This document shows, one piece after another, positions 18,286 to 28,672 of a stretch of 54,296 bases of DNA (position 1 is its first letter; each line of letters opens with the position of its first letter). The stretch lies in the NCBI GenBank assembly GCA_037387205.1, contig JARRLH010000007.1, positions 1 to 54,296 of the forward strand. Reading direction: 5' to 3'. The stretch comes from Desulfofustis sp. (lineage in GTDB: Bacteria; Desulfobacterota; Desulfobulbia; Desulfobulbales; Desulfocapsaceae). The position numbers and the translations under genes are program-made. Under the pieces are notes generated by a model. That model was not told where the DNA came from. It did no database searches and saw only the letters and a list, made by a program, of their open reading frames with translations.

Positions 18286-19230
18286 TCACTGCTTCTCGAT
18301 TACCTCATCGAAAAGATCGGCCAGCGGCTGGTACAGGTCGATCTCGTTCAAGGAGGAGAGGAGCAGAGCCGGCTGGGCGAGGAAATCCTGCATGAAGATA
18401 ATTTCAGATGCTTTCAAATAGATGTGAAATGGGTCGTTCATCGTGGGGAACACATTGTTTATCACCTCGGCCACCGAGTGTCCCGAAAGATAGGGCAGCA
18501 GGTGGCCGACCCGCTGCATCATCTTGTTGAGATAGAACAATAACGTCTTGTCGACGCTGTCCACGTGCTGGCGATGGCCAGGCAGTATGGTTTTGGCGCG
18601 CAGTCGTGCCAGTTTGACTATGCTGCTGCAGTAGGCCTGATAGTTTTTAAAACGGTCGCCGGTCTCCAGGTCGGCATCGAGCAGCGGTGATTGGAACACT
18701 CCCCGCAGCAGTATGTCGCCGGTCACTGCCCAGCCATTGCCTGTATAGACAAGATCGCTCTGCGAATGCCCGGGGCAGCCCATGACCCCGATGCCGAGCT
18801 GGGGCGGCAAATGATCTTCAGCCACCAGGTAGTGCTCGGGGAAAAGGGGCAGCAGCAAAGATTTAGTGAAGCGCTTCCGCAGCCTGCCAATATAGCTTTT
18901 CTCAAAGCCCAGACCGGCGATCAGGGAAAACATCAGTGACAGCCGCCGATCGCGGTGTTCGTGCTTGAGTATATCCAGTCGGGGCAGGTAGATCCGGGCG
19001 TCGCTGTTTTGAGCGAGCCAGGCAGCCTGACCGTAATGGTCTATGTGGCAGTGGGTGACGATGACATGAGCAAGCCTGGGCAAATCCAGGTGCTCGCGCA
19101 AAAAAGCCCGACCCGCCGCAGTCGGAGGGCCGGTATCGATAAGGACTAGCTCATCGCCGTAGTCCAGCGTGTAACAATGGACTGGTCCCACCATATAGGG
19201 GGTCTCGACGGTGTGTTGTGCAGGTATCAT
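18286..19230 (-). CDS. MBL-fold metallo-hydrolase
   Basis: The metallo-beta-lactamase motif HxHxDH is present (VTHCHIDHYG). The start is placed at the internal ATG (MIPAQH) because the track start is a TTG that runs through the palindrome at 19235-19258. Confidence 0.7.
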   Translation of the reverse strand: MIPAQHTVETPYMVGPVHCYTLDYGDELVLIDTGPPTAAGRAFLREHLDLPRLAHVIVTHCHIDHYGQAAWLAQNSDARIYLPRLDILKHEHRDRRLSLMFSLIAGLGFEKSYIGRLRKRFTKSLLLPLFPEHYLVAEDHLPPQLGIGVMGCPGHSQSDLVYTGNGWAVTGDILLRGVFQSPLLDADLETGDRFKNYQAYCSSIVKLARLRAKTILPGHRQHVDSVDKTLLFYLNKMMQRVGHLLPYLSGHSVAEVINNVFPTMNDPFHIYLKASEIIFMQDFLAQPALLLSSLNEIDLYQPLADLFDEVIEKQ

Positions 19231-19234
19231 AGCG

Positions 19235-19258
19235 GGGACACAATAGCTATCATGTCCC
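19235..19258. promoter_or_regulatory. Third copy of the GGGACACAATA-NN-TAT(T/C)(G/A)TGTCCC palindrome, between the acyl-CoA dehydrogenase stop and the MBL hydrolase start
   Basis: GGGACACAATA-GC-TATCATGTCCC was read directly. It has 2 mismatches in the right arm. Confidence 0.45.
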
Positions 19259-19320
19259 TTTCGTGGCAAATGGAAAATCTTAGTTTTGCAAAAGGCTCTA
19301 TTGCTTCCCCCGTTATGATA

Positions 19321-21102
19321 TTAACAGAAAATATATTTTTCGTCCTCAGAAGCGGCTTCGGCCACCAGTCGCTTGGCTGCGAGCAGTCCGGTGGCGTCAT
19401 ATTTGGTGAATCTTCTGACTCCGGAAAGAATCATGGTCAGGGTGTCGCCTTCCTCGATATAGAAAGCGCCTTTGCGTGCCGCCGTTGCAGCTTCCTCGGC
19501 CGCCCTGAAAGCAAAGATCTTTATCGTTGCCTGCAACAGTTCCCGTCTCCGTTCGCTGTAGATCGACAACACCTTCTCGGCACGCAGAACCGTGCTCTCC
19601 AAAGCGAAAATCTGAATGGCGATATCGGCGGCGGCCATCAGGATTTCCTGTTCATCGGCGATCTTGTCCATGTATTTCTGGACGCCGGTTCCGGCCAGGA
19701 TCAGAAAAAGCGTCTTGAGGTTGGCAATCAGCAATTTTTCACCGGCAAACGGCTGGCTGTCGTCCAGTTCGTCGAAACTAGGGGTCATCAGCGATTCGAA
19801 GGCCTTCATGGCCTCGGCCTGGAGGGGCAGTTCGCCTTTCATGGCCTTGCGCAGAATCATTCCCGGAATCAACAGTCGATTGATCTCGTTGGTGCCCTCG
19901 AAAATTCTGTTGATGCGCTCATCCCGATAATAGCGCTCGGCCGGATAGTCACTCACAAAGCCATAGCCGCCGTGGATCTGTACGACTTCGTCAACGGTTT
20001 TGGCCAGCACCTCACTGCAGAACACCTTGGAGATCCCGCACTCGGCGGCATAGTCCTCGATGCCCTTCTGATACTGCTCGTAATAGTCGTCAACACCCTT
20101 TTCAATGGTGGCCAACTTGTCGTCGAGCAGACCCGCCAGCCGGTAAACCAGCGATTCCGCGGCAAAGATATCGGCGGTGAGGTCGGCGATTTTCTCCTTT
20201 ATGGCACCGAAGCTGCTGATCGGCCTTTTAAACTGGACACGTTCGTTGCCATATTTGATCCCGGTCTCCAGGGCCGCCTTGGCGGCACCGGTAACCGCCG
20301 CTCCGAGCTTGAAACGCCCGACGTTGAGGACATTAAAGGCGATCTTGTGGCCTTTGCCGATTTCCCCCAATACGTTTTCCACCGGCACCTTGCAGTTATC
20401 GAGGATCACCGGGGTGGTCGAAGAGCCCTTGATCCCCATTTTCTTCTCCTCGGGTCCGATGGAGAGTCCCTCGAAATCACGCTCGATCAGAAAAGCGGTA
20501 AAGTGTTCTTTGTCGATCTTGGCAAATACGGTAAACAGCTTGGCGAAACCGCCGTTGGTAATGTACTGCTTGGTGCCGTTCAGGATATAGTGGGAACCAT
20601 TCTCGGAAAGCACCGCGCTGGCTTGGGCTCCAAGGGCATCGCTGCCGGAACCGGGCTCGGTCAAACAGTAGGCGGAGCACCATTCGCCGGTAATCAGTTT
20701 TTCCAGATATTTCTCTTTCTGCTCGTGGGTACCATAGTAGATCAGCGGCAGGGTACCGATGCCGGTATGAGCCGCATAAGCCACTGAAAACGAGCCGCTG
20801 ATGGCGATACGCTCGGCCCCCAGCATCGAAGAGGCATTGTCCAGATCGAGGCCGCCATACTCCTCGGGTGCATCCATCATCAGCAGCCCGAGCTCACCGC
20901 ATTGCCGCATGCCTGCAACGACAATGTCAAAATTCTGGTTATCGATCTCTTCAATTTTGGGCAGCAATTCATTGGTGACGAACTGTTCGGTGGTCGCGCC
21001 GAATTGGCGCTGCTCGTCGCTGAAATCTTCGGGGGTAAAGACGTCTTCTGGTCTGGAATCGGCAATCAGGTACTCGCCGCCTTTCAACAAGGTATCAGCC
21101 AT
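19321..21102 (-). CDS. Acyl-CoA dehydrogenase (long form with C-terminal extension)
   Basis: The ACAD N, middle and C domains are present (CLTEPGSGSD, QIHGGYGF) with an extra ~200-aa C-terminal domain. The start overlaps the thiolase stop (ATGGCTGA). Confidence 0.85.
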   Translation of the reverse strand: MADTLLKGGEYLIADSRPEDVFTPEDFSDEQRQFGATTEQFVTNELLPKIEEIDNQNFDIVVAGMRQCGELGLLMMDAPEEYGGLDLDNASSMLGAERIAISGSFSVAYAAHTGIGTLPLIYYGTHEQKEKYLEKLITGEWCSAYCLTEPGSGSDALGAQASAVLSENGSHYILNGTKQYITNGGFAKLFTVFAKIDKEHFTAFLIERDFEGLSIGPEEKKMGIKGSSTTPVILDNCKVPVENVLGEIGKGHKIAFNVLNVGRFKLGAAVTGAAKAALETGIKYGNERVQFKRPISSFGAIKEKIADLTADIFAAESLVYRLAGLLDDKLATIEKGVDDYYEQYQKGIEDYAAECGISKVFCSEVLAKTVDEVVQIHGGYGFVSDYPAERYYRDERINRIFEGTNEINRLLIPGMILRKAMKGELPLQAEAMKAFESLMTPSFDELDDSQPFAGEKLLIANLKTLFLILAGTGVQKYMDKIADEQEILMAAADIAIQIFALESTVLRAEKVLSIYSERRRELLQATIKIFAFRAAEEAATAARKGAFYIEEGDTLTMILSGVRRFTKYDATGLLAAKRLVAEAASEDEKYIFC

Positions 21103-22303
21103 GGTTCACCTCTTGGTCTTGATCATTTGTCAATCGCTCAAATATCCCGGCCGCTCCCATGCCGCCGCCTATACACATTGACACCATGCCGTAGCGCAGC
21201 CCCCGGCGTCCCATTTCGTGGAGCAGGGTGGCGGTGAGCTTGGCACCGGTGCAGCCCAGCGGATGTCCCAGGGCGATGGCGCCGCCGTTTACGTTGACGA
21301 TGTCCCGCTTCAGCCCGAGTTCCCCTATCACAGCCAGGGCCTGGGCGGCAAAGGCCTCGTTGAGTTCGATGAGCTCGATCTGGTCAAGACTCAGGGAAGC
21401 CATCTCAAGTGCTGCGGGTATGGCGGCCACCGGCCCGATGCCCATGATCTCCGGCGGCACCCCCTTGACCGCGAAGGCGATGAAACGGGCCATGGGCTCT
21501 TTGCCAAGCTTTTGCAGATATTCCTCGGAAACCACCATGGACACGGCGGCCCCGTCGGTCATCTGGGATGAATTGCCGGCCGTCACCGGCCCGCCTATTT
21601 TGAAGGCCGGGCGCAGCCCCGCCAGGGTCTCGACGGTAGTCGACGGCCTGACGCCGTCGTCGATGTCGACCACTTCGGCAGTTTTGACGATCTTGCCGTT
21701 CACCAAGGCGGTATGCTCGATTTCCACCGGAATGATCTCAGCGGAGAACCTGCCGGTTTGGATCGCTGCGGCCGCACGGCGATGACTTTCGGCTCCGAAT
21801 TCATCCATTTCCGCCCGGCCGATGCCGTATTTCTCGGCCACCAGTTCGGCGGTAATACCCATGGACGAATAGGCTTCCGGCCAATCCAGGGCAAGATCGG
21901 GGTTGGCGCTGTATTTGAGACCGCCCAGCGGCACCGACGACATTGACTCGACGCCGCCGGCCACTATGCAGTCGGCTAGGCCGAGCATCACCCGCTCAGC
22001 CGCCAGGGCGATACTCTGCAGCCCGGAGCTGCAGAATCTGTTGATGGTCTGTCCGGGCACCTCGGGCGGCAGGCCGGCTTTCATGGCCGCAATCCGGCCC
22101 ACGTTCATACCCTGCTCTGCCTCAGGGAAGGCACAACCGAGATAGACGTCGTCAATAAGCTCAGGTGCTGCTCCGGTGCGCTCGACAATCGCCTTGATGG
22201 CCACCGCTGCCAGATCATCGGGCCTCATATCCTTGAACTTGCCTTTATTTGCACGGCAGCCCGGAGTCCGGTAACTTGCCAGAATATAGGCTTTTTTCAT
22301 CAT
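21095..22303 (-). CDS. Acetyl-CoA C-acyltransferase (3-ketoacyl-CoA thiolase)
   Basis: Thiolase signatures are present (NRFCSSGLQSI, NVNGGAIALGHPLGCTGA, catalytic C near the C-terminus). Confidence 0.9.
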   Translation of the reverse strand: MMKKAYILASYRTPGCRANKGKFKDMRPDDLAAVAIKAIVERTGAAPELIDDVYLGCAFPEAEQGMNVGRIAAMKAGLPPEVPGQTINRFCSSGLQSIALAAERVMLGLADCIVAGGVESMSSVPLGGLKYSANPDLALDWPEAYSSMGITAELVAEKYGIGRAEMDEFGAESHRRAAAAIQTGRFSAEIIPVEIEHTALVNGKIVKTAEVVDIDDGVRPSTTVETLAGLRPAFKIGGPVTAGNSSQMTDGAAVSMVVSEEYLQKLGKEPMARFIAFAVKGVPPEIMGIGPVAAIPAALEMASLSLDQIELIELNEAFAAQALAVIGELGLKRDIVNVNGGAIALGHPLGCTGAKLTATLLHEMGRRGLRYGMVSMCIGGGMGAAGIFERLTNDQDQEVNHG

Positions 22304-22333
22304 TTACCTCATTAGTGAGCCGGATGGCGTTTA

Positions 22334-24721
22334 TCAGTTTCTCAAAGGCTTCCCGGTCTTGAGCATGTGCTGGATACGCTGAGCCGTCTGCTTGTTGGTA
22401 CACAGTTTAAGAAAGCTCTCCCGCTCCAGCCGCAGCAGATACTCTTCGCTGATCGGGGTTCCCGGGTTGACATCGCCGCCGCAGATGACATCGGCGATGA
22501 CGCCCCCCATCTCTTCCTCGTATTCGGTGATATGACCGCCCATCCTCATGTTCCACAGCTGCGTCTTGATACTGGCGGCGACTCCACGTCCCGGGGCGGA
22601 AATATCTTCTCTGATTTTCGGCGGCCTGTAGTTGACGGCCAGGGCCAGCACCTGCTGCTTGGCATCACCGATTAGTCGATCCAGGTTCATGGTGATGCAG
22701 TCACCCTGGCGCAGGTAGCCCATATCGCTGAGCTCGGCGGCGCCCATTGAGACCTGGGCCGTGGCGATCTGTTTGAAGTTTTTCAAGATGAACGGTTGGA
22801 CATCGGTATCGAAACGGCTGGCCAGATCCACCGCCCGCAGGCACATCTCCTTGGTGCCGCCGCCTGCCGGCAGCAGTCCCACGCCTATCTCCACCAGCCC
22901 CATGTAAGTCTCGGCATAGGCGTTGATCCTGTCGGCATGCAGCGAAAACTCGCAGCCGCCGCCCAGGGCCATGTTGAATGGTGCGGCCACCACAGGAACC
23001 CGGGCATACTTGATCGCCATGGTTGCTTTCTGGAAAGCCCTGACCACCAGGTCGATATCCTCCAGAGCTCCTTCAGCGAGGGCAACAGCCAGCAGCATCA
23101 GGTTGGCGCCGACCGAGAAGTTAGCGCCGTGATTGCCGATCACCAGCCCCAGCCCTTCCTCTTCGGCCCGACCTATGGCTTTGTGGGTCATGGCCAGGAT
23201 ATCGGAGCTGATGGCATTCATCTTGGAATGAAATTCCAGGCAGAAGACCCCGTCTCCCAGATCGATAACCGAGGAGTTGGCGTTTTTCTCAACCACCCGG
23301 TTGGTGCGCTTGAGAATCTGCAGATCAACTTCGCCTGCGGGCAAGCCCAGCGGTTTGTAGGATTTGGCTGAAAGATCATAGAACTCTTTACCGTGCTCCT
23401 CGGAAAACCGGTAAAAACGCTCGACCCCCTTAAGTTCGGCAGGCACCGCGACCCCATCTTTCTCGGCCCGCTTCACAAAGCTGTCGACCCCGATGGCGTC
23501 TAACATTTCAAAGGGTCCCAGTTCCCAGTTGAAGCCCCAGCGCATGGCGTTGTCTATATTGACCACGTCATCGGCAATCTCAGGAATCCGGTTGAAGGTG
23601 TAGATAAGTGAATCGCGCAGGGTCTTCCAGGCGTATTCGGCGCCCCGATCGGCGCCGCCGATCACGGTCTTGAGCCGCTGCCGGGGATCATCCACCTGCT
23701 TCACCATCTGCACGGAGGCGAACTTGGGTTTGGCCAGTGGCAGGTAGTCGCCACTGCTGTAATCGTAGTAAAAGATCTGCCGCTTGCCGTCGATCATCTC
23801 TTTCTTGTAGAATCCCTGACCGGCCTTGTTCCCCAGCTTGCCCTGTTCGATCATCGAGGCCATGAACTGCGGCAGTTTGAATACTTCCCGCTCTTCATCA
23901 TCGGGAGCGCTCTCGTAGGAGTTGGTCCCCACATGAGCCAGCACATCGAGCCCCACCAGGTCGGCCGTCCTGAAGGCGGCGCTTTTGGGTCTGGCGGTGG
24001 CCGGCCCGGCCACCGAGTCGACCTCCTCCACCGTCATCTCCATGTCCACCATATGCTGGATGCCTTTGTAGATTGCATAGACGCCGATGCGGTTGGCAAT
24101 GAAATTGGCCGTATCCTTGGCATGGACCACCCCTTTGCCGAGACGCCGGGAAAGAAAATCTGCCATATCATTCACCACCCGTGGATCGGCGTCTCGGCAG
24201 GCGATGATTTCCATGAGCCGCATATAGCGCGGCGGATTGAAAAAGTGAGTCACCAGAAATCTTTTCTGCAGTTCCGGGGGCAGCGTCTTGGCCATTTCGT
24301 TGACTGACAGGCCGCTGGTATTGGAGCTCAGCACCGCCCGGGGATGCAGATGGGGGGCGATTTTTTCAAATAGCCCCCGTTTTATCTCCAGGTTCTCGAT
24401 CACCACCTCGATTACCCATTCGCAGTCTGACAGCCTGGCGAGATCGTCTTCAAAATTGCCCACCTCGATTCGGCTCATATAACTTTTTAGGTAGAGCGGG
24501 GCGGGTTTCATCTTGAGCAGCCCCTGACGACCGTTTTCAGCAATTCGGTTGCGCACTTCCGGGCTGTCGAGGGTCAATCCCCGCTTCTTTTCCGCAGCGG
24601 TTAATTCCCGCGGTACGATATCGAGCATCAGGACATCGAGCCCGCCATTGGCCAGATGGGCACCAATGGTGGCCCCCATCACACCGGCACCGAGCACAGC
24701 TACGCGCTTGATCTGGATCAT
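22334..24721 (-). CDS. Bifunctional 3-hydroxyacyl-CoA dehydrogenase / enoyl-CoA hydratase (HAD domain N-terminal, crotonase domain C-terminal)
   Basis: The N-terminal NAD motif is VAVLGAGVMG. A central crotonase-fold segment follows (GGGCEFSLHAD). Length is 795 aa. Confidence 0.85.
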   Translation of the reverse strand: MIQIKRVAVLGAGVMGATIGAHLANGGLDVLMLDIVPRELTAAEKKRGLTLDSPEVRNRIAENGRQGLLKMKPAPLYLKSYMSRIEVGNFEDDLARLSDCEWVIEVVIENLEIKRGLFEKIAPHLHPRAVLSSNTSGLSVNEMAKTLPPELQKRFLVTHFFNPPRYMRLMEIIACRDADPRVVNDMADFLSRRLGKGVVHAKDTANFIANRIGVYAIYKGIQHMVDMEMTVEEVDSVAGPATARPKSAAFRTADLVGLDVLAHVGTNSYESAPDDEEREVFKLPQFMASMIEQGKLGNKAGQGFYKKEMIDGKRQIFYYDYSSGDYLPLAKPKFASVQMVKQVDDPRQRLKTVIGGADRGAEYAWKTLRDSLIYTFNRIPEIADDVVNIDNAMRWGFNWELGPFEMLDAIGVDSFVKRAEKDGVAVPAELKGVERFYRFSEEHGKEFYDLSAKSYKPLGLPAGEVDLQILKRTNRVVEKNANSSVIDLGDGVFCLEFHSKMNAISSDILAMTHKAIGRAEEEGLGLVIGNHGANFSVGANLMLLAVALAEGALEDIDLVVRAFQKATMAIKYARVPVVAAPFNMALGGGCEFSLHADRINAYAETYMGLVEIGVGLLPAGGGTKEMCLRAVDLASRFDTDVQPFILKNFKQIATAQVSMGAAELSDMGYLRQGDCITMNLDRLIGDAKQQVLALAVNYRPPKIREDISAPGRGVAASIKTQLWNMRMGGHITEYEEEMGGVIADVICGGDVNPGTPISEEYLLRLERESFLKLCTNKQTAQRIQHMLKTGKPLRN

Positions 24722-26574
24722 TGTGTCTCTCCGACGACGGCTTTGTTTTTATAGACCAGTCCGTTTTCTTGGCTCATATACATTTCGTCCACGATGGCCT
24801 TGTACTTGTTGTAGATTTCCTTGCGCTTCAATTTCAGGGTCGGCGTCAGTTCTCCGCCGCTGATGGAAAAATCATCCGGCACCAGGGCGAAATATTTGAT
24901 GGTCGAATAGGATGGCAGCGTGCGGTTGAGTTCATCGATCCGGTCATCGTAGAGTTTGGTGATCCGGCTGTTTTTCACCAACTCATACACATCGATGTAG
25001 TCAATCTGCTGAGCGCGGCTGTAATCGATCAACCGTTCGATATTGGGCGTCAGCAGCGCCGTCAGGTAGGGCTTGCGGTCACCGAAGACGATGGCCTGGG
25101 ATATAAACTTGTCGAGTTTGAGCTCGTTCTCGATGGGCTGCGGAGCGATGTTCTTGCCGCCGGCGGTGACGATGATCTCCTTTTTCCGGTCGACGATATA
25201 GACAAAACCTTCGTCATCGATATGGGCGATGTCGCCGGTCTTGAACCAGCCGTCTTCGAACACCTCTTCGGTCGCCTTCTCATTTTTGAAATAGCTTTTC
25301 ATGACCTGGGGGCCCTTGACCAGCAGCTCTCCATCATCAGCTAGTTTAAGTTCTGTTTTCTCAACTTTCTTGCCCACCGCGTCGAATCGTACCTGATCCT
25401 GACTGGTCGCGGTTACCACCGGACTTGTTTCGGTCAGCCCGTAGCCGTTATAGACCGGGATACCGATGGCCCACATGAATTCGTTGATGGTTTTATCCAG
25501 CGGCGCCCCTCCGCAGACCATGCCGCGCAGCCGTCCACCGAACCGTTTTCTGATCTTTCTGAAGACCAGGCGGTCGAACAACTGGTATTTGAGGCCCAGC
25601 AATCCCACCGGTTTTTTATCGATATATTTTAGGTTTACATATTCACGTCCTACCTTGACCGCCTGGTGGAACAGGGCCTTGCGCAGCGGACTCATCTGGT
25701 GAACGCTCTCGTGAATACGGCTGTAGATCTTCTCGAACAACCTGGGTACGCTGATCATGAATGTGGGTTTGATTTCGTCCATGTTCTCGACGACTTTCTT
25801 GACGTCCTCGGCAAAGGCGATGTGTTTGCCGCACATCAGACAGGCGTAATAGCCGCACGTGCGTTCCAGGATATGGCTCAGGGGCAGAAAACTTAAAAAA
25901 GTTTCATCTTTTATCCAGCCGCCCACCTGGCGGAGCCCCTGGGTCACATTGCACATCACATTGTAATGGGTCAGGATAACTCCTTTGGGCCGGCCAGTGG
26001 TCCCCGAGGTGTAGATGAGGGTGAGAATGTCCTCCTGCCTGATCCCATCGATCTTGTCCTCAATCTGGTCTCTTTCGGCCTCTGTGATCGGCGTCGACAC
26101 TTCGGACAGCTGATACTGGGTGTAGACAGGGAAGGAGCGGTCACCCATGAACCGTTCATAGGAAACGACCAGTTCGAGGTTGGGAATCTCGTCCTTTACC
26201 CCGAGCAGCTTTTCATACTGGGACTTGGTCGACACAAAGACGATTTTCGCCTCGCAGTGATTGAGGATATAGGCGGCCTGCTCCCCGGTGTTGGTCGCAT
26301 AAATGGGTACGCTGATGCCTCCGCCCGACTGGATGCCAAAATCCGATATTGCCCAACCAAGCCTGTTTTCCGAGAAAATCGCGACCTTGTCCCCCGGTTT
26401 CATGCCGGCCTTGCACAACCCCCGGGCAAGCTGCAGAACCCTGGTATAAAACTCGTCATAGGTCAGGGAGAGAAAGATACCGCTTTTTTTATAACTTATG
26501 GCGGTATTGTCGCGGTAGCGAACGGCGTTGTCCTTGAGGACGGCTGGGATCGATTGATAGGATAGAAAGTCCAT
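24718..26574 (-). CDS. fadD: Long-chain fatty acid-CoA ligase (AMP-forming)
   Basis: The AMP-binding motifs YTSGTTGRPKG and GYGLTE are present. The stop overlaps the start of the downstream gene. Confidence 0.85.
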   Translation of the reverse strand: MDFLSYQSIPAVLKDNAVRYRDNTAISYKKSGIFLSLTYDEFYTRVLQLARGLCKAGMKPGDKVAIFSENRLGWAISDFGIQSGGGISVPIYATNTGEQAAYILNHCEAKIVFVSTKSQYEKLLGVKDEIPNLELVVSYERFMGDRSFPVYTQYQLSEVSTPITEAERDQIEDKIDGIRQEDILTLIYTSGTTGRPKGVILTHYNVMCNVTQGLRQVGGWIKDETFLSFLPLSHILERTCGYYACLMCGKHIAFAEDVKKVVENMDEIKPTFMISVPRLFEKIYSRIHESVHQMSPLRKALFHQAVKVGREYVNLKYIDKKPVGLLGLKYQLFDRLVFRKIRKRFGGRLRGMVCGGAPLDKTINEFMWAIGIPVYNGYGLTETSPVVTATSQDQVRFDAVGKKVEKTELKLADDGELLVKGPQVMKSYFKNEKATEEVFEDGWFKTGDIAHIDDEGFVYIVDRKKEIIVTAGGKNIAPQPIENELKLDKFISQAIVFGDRKPYLTALLTPNIERLIDYSRAQQIDYIDVYELVKNSRITKLYDDRIDELNRTLPSYSTIKYFALVPDDFSISGGELTPTLKLKRKEIYNKYKAIVDEMYMSQENGLVYKNKAVVGETQ

Positions 26575-26646
26575 GGCGCCTCCTGTGAATGGTAGTTATT
26601 CACGGCTCGGTCCCTCGTTTCGATTATAGCACAGATGCACCATTTT

Positions 26647-26675
26647 TGTATACCTAACCTTTACGTTTAAGTCAA
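26647..26675 (-). promoter_or_regulatory. Candidate sigma70 promoter of the fadD operon (minus strand TTGACT, 17 nt, TATACA) with the ACGTAAAGGT operator-like core (26657-26672) in the spacer
   Basis: Read directly. The arrangement is the same as the promoter at 11457-11485. Confidence 0.45.
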
Positions 26676-26874
26676 CTAATAAATCAACAACAATCCCCGG
26701 CACGTCAACAATTACAGAACTGGAAAAAAATTACAGACAAACAAATATATGTATTGTATTCGATACTTTAATAACATCAAAAAAGATCGCTACATTGTGG
26801 CATGGGAGGTTTCTCAACACTGCATGGAGGACTTTCCGATCGCCATTATTGTTTACGTAAAGAAAAGGTAGGTC

Positions 26875-27237
26875 CTATTTTCTGATTAACGGATTACAAT
26901 TTTTAATCGTTACCTTGCCCTGCAGCAGATTACCCTTTGAGTATTCACTGAACACGCAGGTATTGGTGCGCGGATCATAGTTCTCCACCCATAGATGGTC
27001 GTCCTTCCAGGTGGTGGTTATATGATGATATCCGTCAGGCACGGTGATGGTCATCACCCCGCCGTAGCGCTTGACGAACATCTGTTCCAGCCAGAAGTAA
27101 TAGGTGGTCCAGCCGGCCAGCAGGACTATTCCCGACAGCACCAGGGCCACCTTCCATTTTTCTCCCTTGGCGCCGAAACCGTAGAATAGACCGCCAACAA
27201 TCAGGAAAATCAGTATCCAGTACAAGTAAGTAATCAT
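26875..27237 (-). CDS. Small membrane protein, unknown function (2 TM helices plus a soluble C-terminal domain)
   Basis: The start is placed at MITYLYWILIFLIVGG. The upstream part of the track ORF is Gly/Pro-rich and unlikely to be coding. Confidence 0.5.
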   Translation of the reverse strand: MITYLYWILIFLIVGGLFYGFGAKGEKWKVALVLSGIVLLAGWTTYYFWLEQMFVKRYGGVMTITVPDGYHHITTTWKDDHLWVENYDPRTNTCVFSEYSKGNLLQGKVTIKNCNPLIRK

Positions 27238-27531
27238 CTCTAATTCCTCCGCTGAAACGTCAGGACTCACACTTCTGTTGTGTACAGTCTGCACGGCAAA
27301 ATCGGGATTTCGCAGTGCAGCATAGCGCGCCCCCCCGGCCGCTGTCATAATCAAGGGCAGGCCCGCAGTGGGGGGATCACCGCCGCCAGGAGATCCTCCC
27401 ACAGGACATTTCTTCAACCTGCCCTTGCTGCCATTCTACACAGTAGCGCACCAAGGGCCGATTGCAATATGCACGAGGTTCGTGTTTAATGGATCGAAAG
27501 CCACCTATCTGACAATTCTGCCTCCCATCAG

Positions 27532-28672
27532 GTGATGAACAAAGACAGCTCGAAAAAAGAAATGAAAACCGGAGTGGTATTTGGCGGTTCGGGCCTCATC
27601 GGGGGAACCATTGTCAATTTCTACAAACAGCGCCGGCCGGGCATCGTCGACATGCTGGCTCCGAGCAGCAAGAAGGTGTCGATGCAGAACTGTAAGGACA
27701 TCCGCAACTATCTGCTCTCCGTCAAACCTGATTTTGTCATCAATGCGGCAATCGCCAATATCAACGCCGATCCCCAACTGTCCTTCGAGGTTAACTACGT
27801 GGGGGCCGTCAATGTCGCCAGGGCGGCCGCTTCACTGAATGTGCCCTACTTCTTTTTCAGTTCCGCAGCGACCCTGCCCCAGGGTGTAGGGTTGCGCGAG
27901 ACAGACACTCTGCCGCTGAACGCAAAGCTGAGCAACTACGCCAAATCGAAGCTGATGGCCGAGGAAACCCTGAAATATATGGCGGCCAAAGAAGGACTGG
28001 ACTATACCTGCATCAGGCTCTCCATTGTCTATGGCAACCACGATCACAAGATCCAGGGATTTCATCGCCTGCTGTTTTCCATCGCCGATGAGTCGATGCC
28101 GTTTCTGTTCACCAAGAAGGGCATCAAACACTCCTACACCAACTGCAGGAAACTCCCCTACCTGATTCACCACATGCTTGACAGGCGGGAAGAATTCGGC
28201 TGCCAGACCTATCATTTCGTCGATCCGGAACCGGTGGAACTGGCTGATCTGATTATGACCATCAGATCTCACCTGCAGTTGAAAAGCCCCCGCAACGTGT
28301 ATGTCCCCTACTCGGTTGCCCGAACCGGCAAGAAGTCCATTCAGATAATACTGCGGCTGCTCACCAAAGTGGGACTACAAGCGCACCCAGACGCTTTCCT
28401 GCGAGAAACTGGAAAATTCGAGTTTCGAGGATCCGATGCCCGAGGAAACCGTCTATACCAGGCTGCCGGAAATGATGATCTATTACCTGAACCGCTGGGC
28501 CCACCAGAACCTGATCACCACATTCGAGGAAAAAGTCAAGTTCGACAGCCAGATCCACGAGGATTTCAAACACAATCCCATGGCACTGTTGGAGAGCATC
28601 CATCGGGATGCCACCTCACCCTTCGATCCTGAAATTCCTGAATCGGTTTCGTCCGATTTCAATCAGCTGTAA
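27532..28672 (+). pseudogene. NAD-dependent epimerase/dehydratase (extended SDR) with a +1 frameshift near 28370-28435
   Basis: The Rossmann motif VFGGSGLIGG and the catalytic YxxxK (YAKSK) lie in ORF 27532..28632. After about 28375 that frame becomes Arg/Pro/Gly-rich nonsense. The +1 frame, open from 28349 to 28672, reads as normal protein (PEETVYTRLPEMMIYYLNRWAHQNLITTFEEK). Confidence 0.6.

Noticed and set aside
26575-26874. An AT-rich 300-nt region upstream of fadD with three TCAAC(A/T)A repeats (about 26672, 26685 and 26706), considered as an iteron, origin or mobile-element end
   Set aside because: The repeats are short and irregularly spaced, with no flanking inverted repeats, rep or integrase gene. 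The region is adequately explained as the fadD operon promoter and regulatory region.
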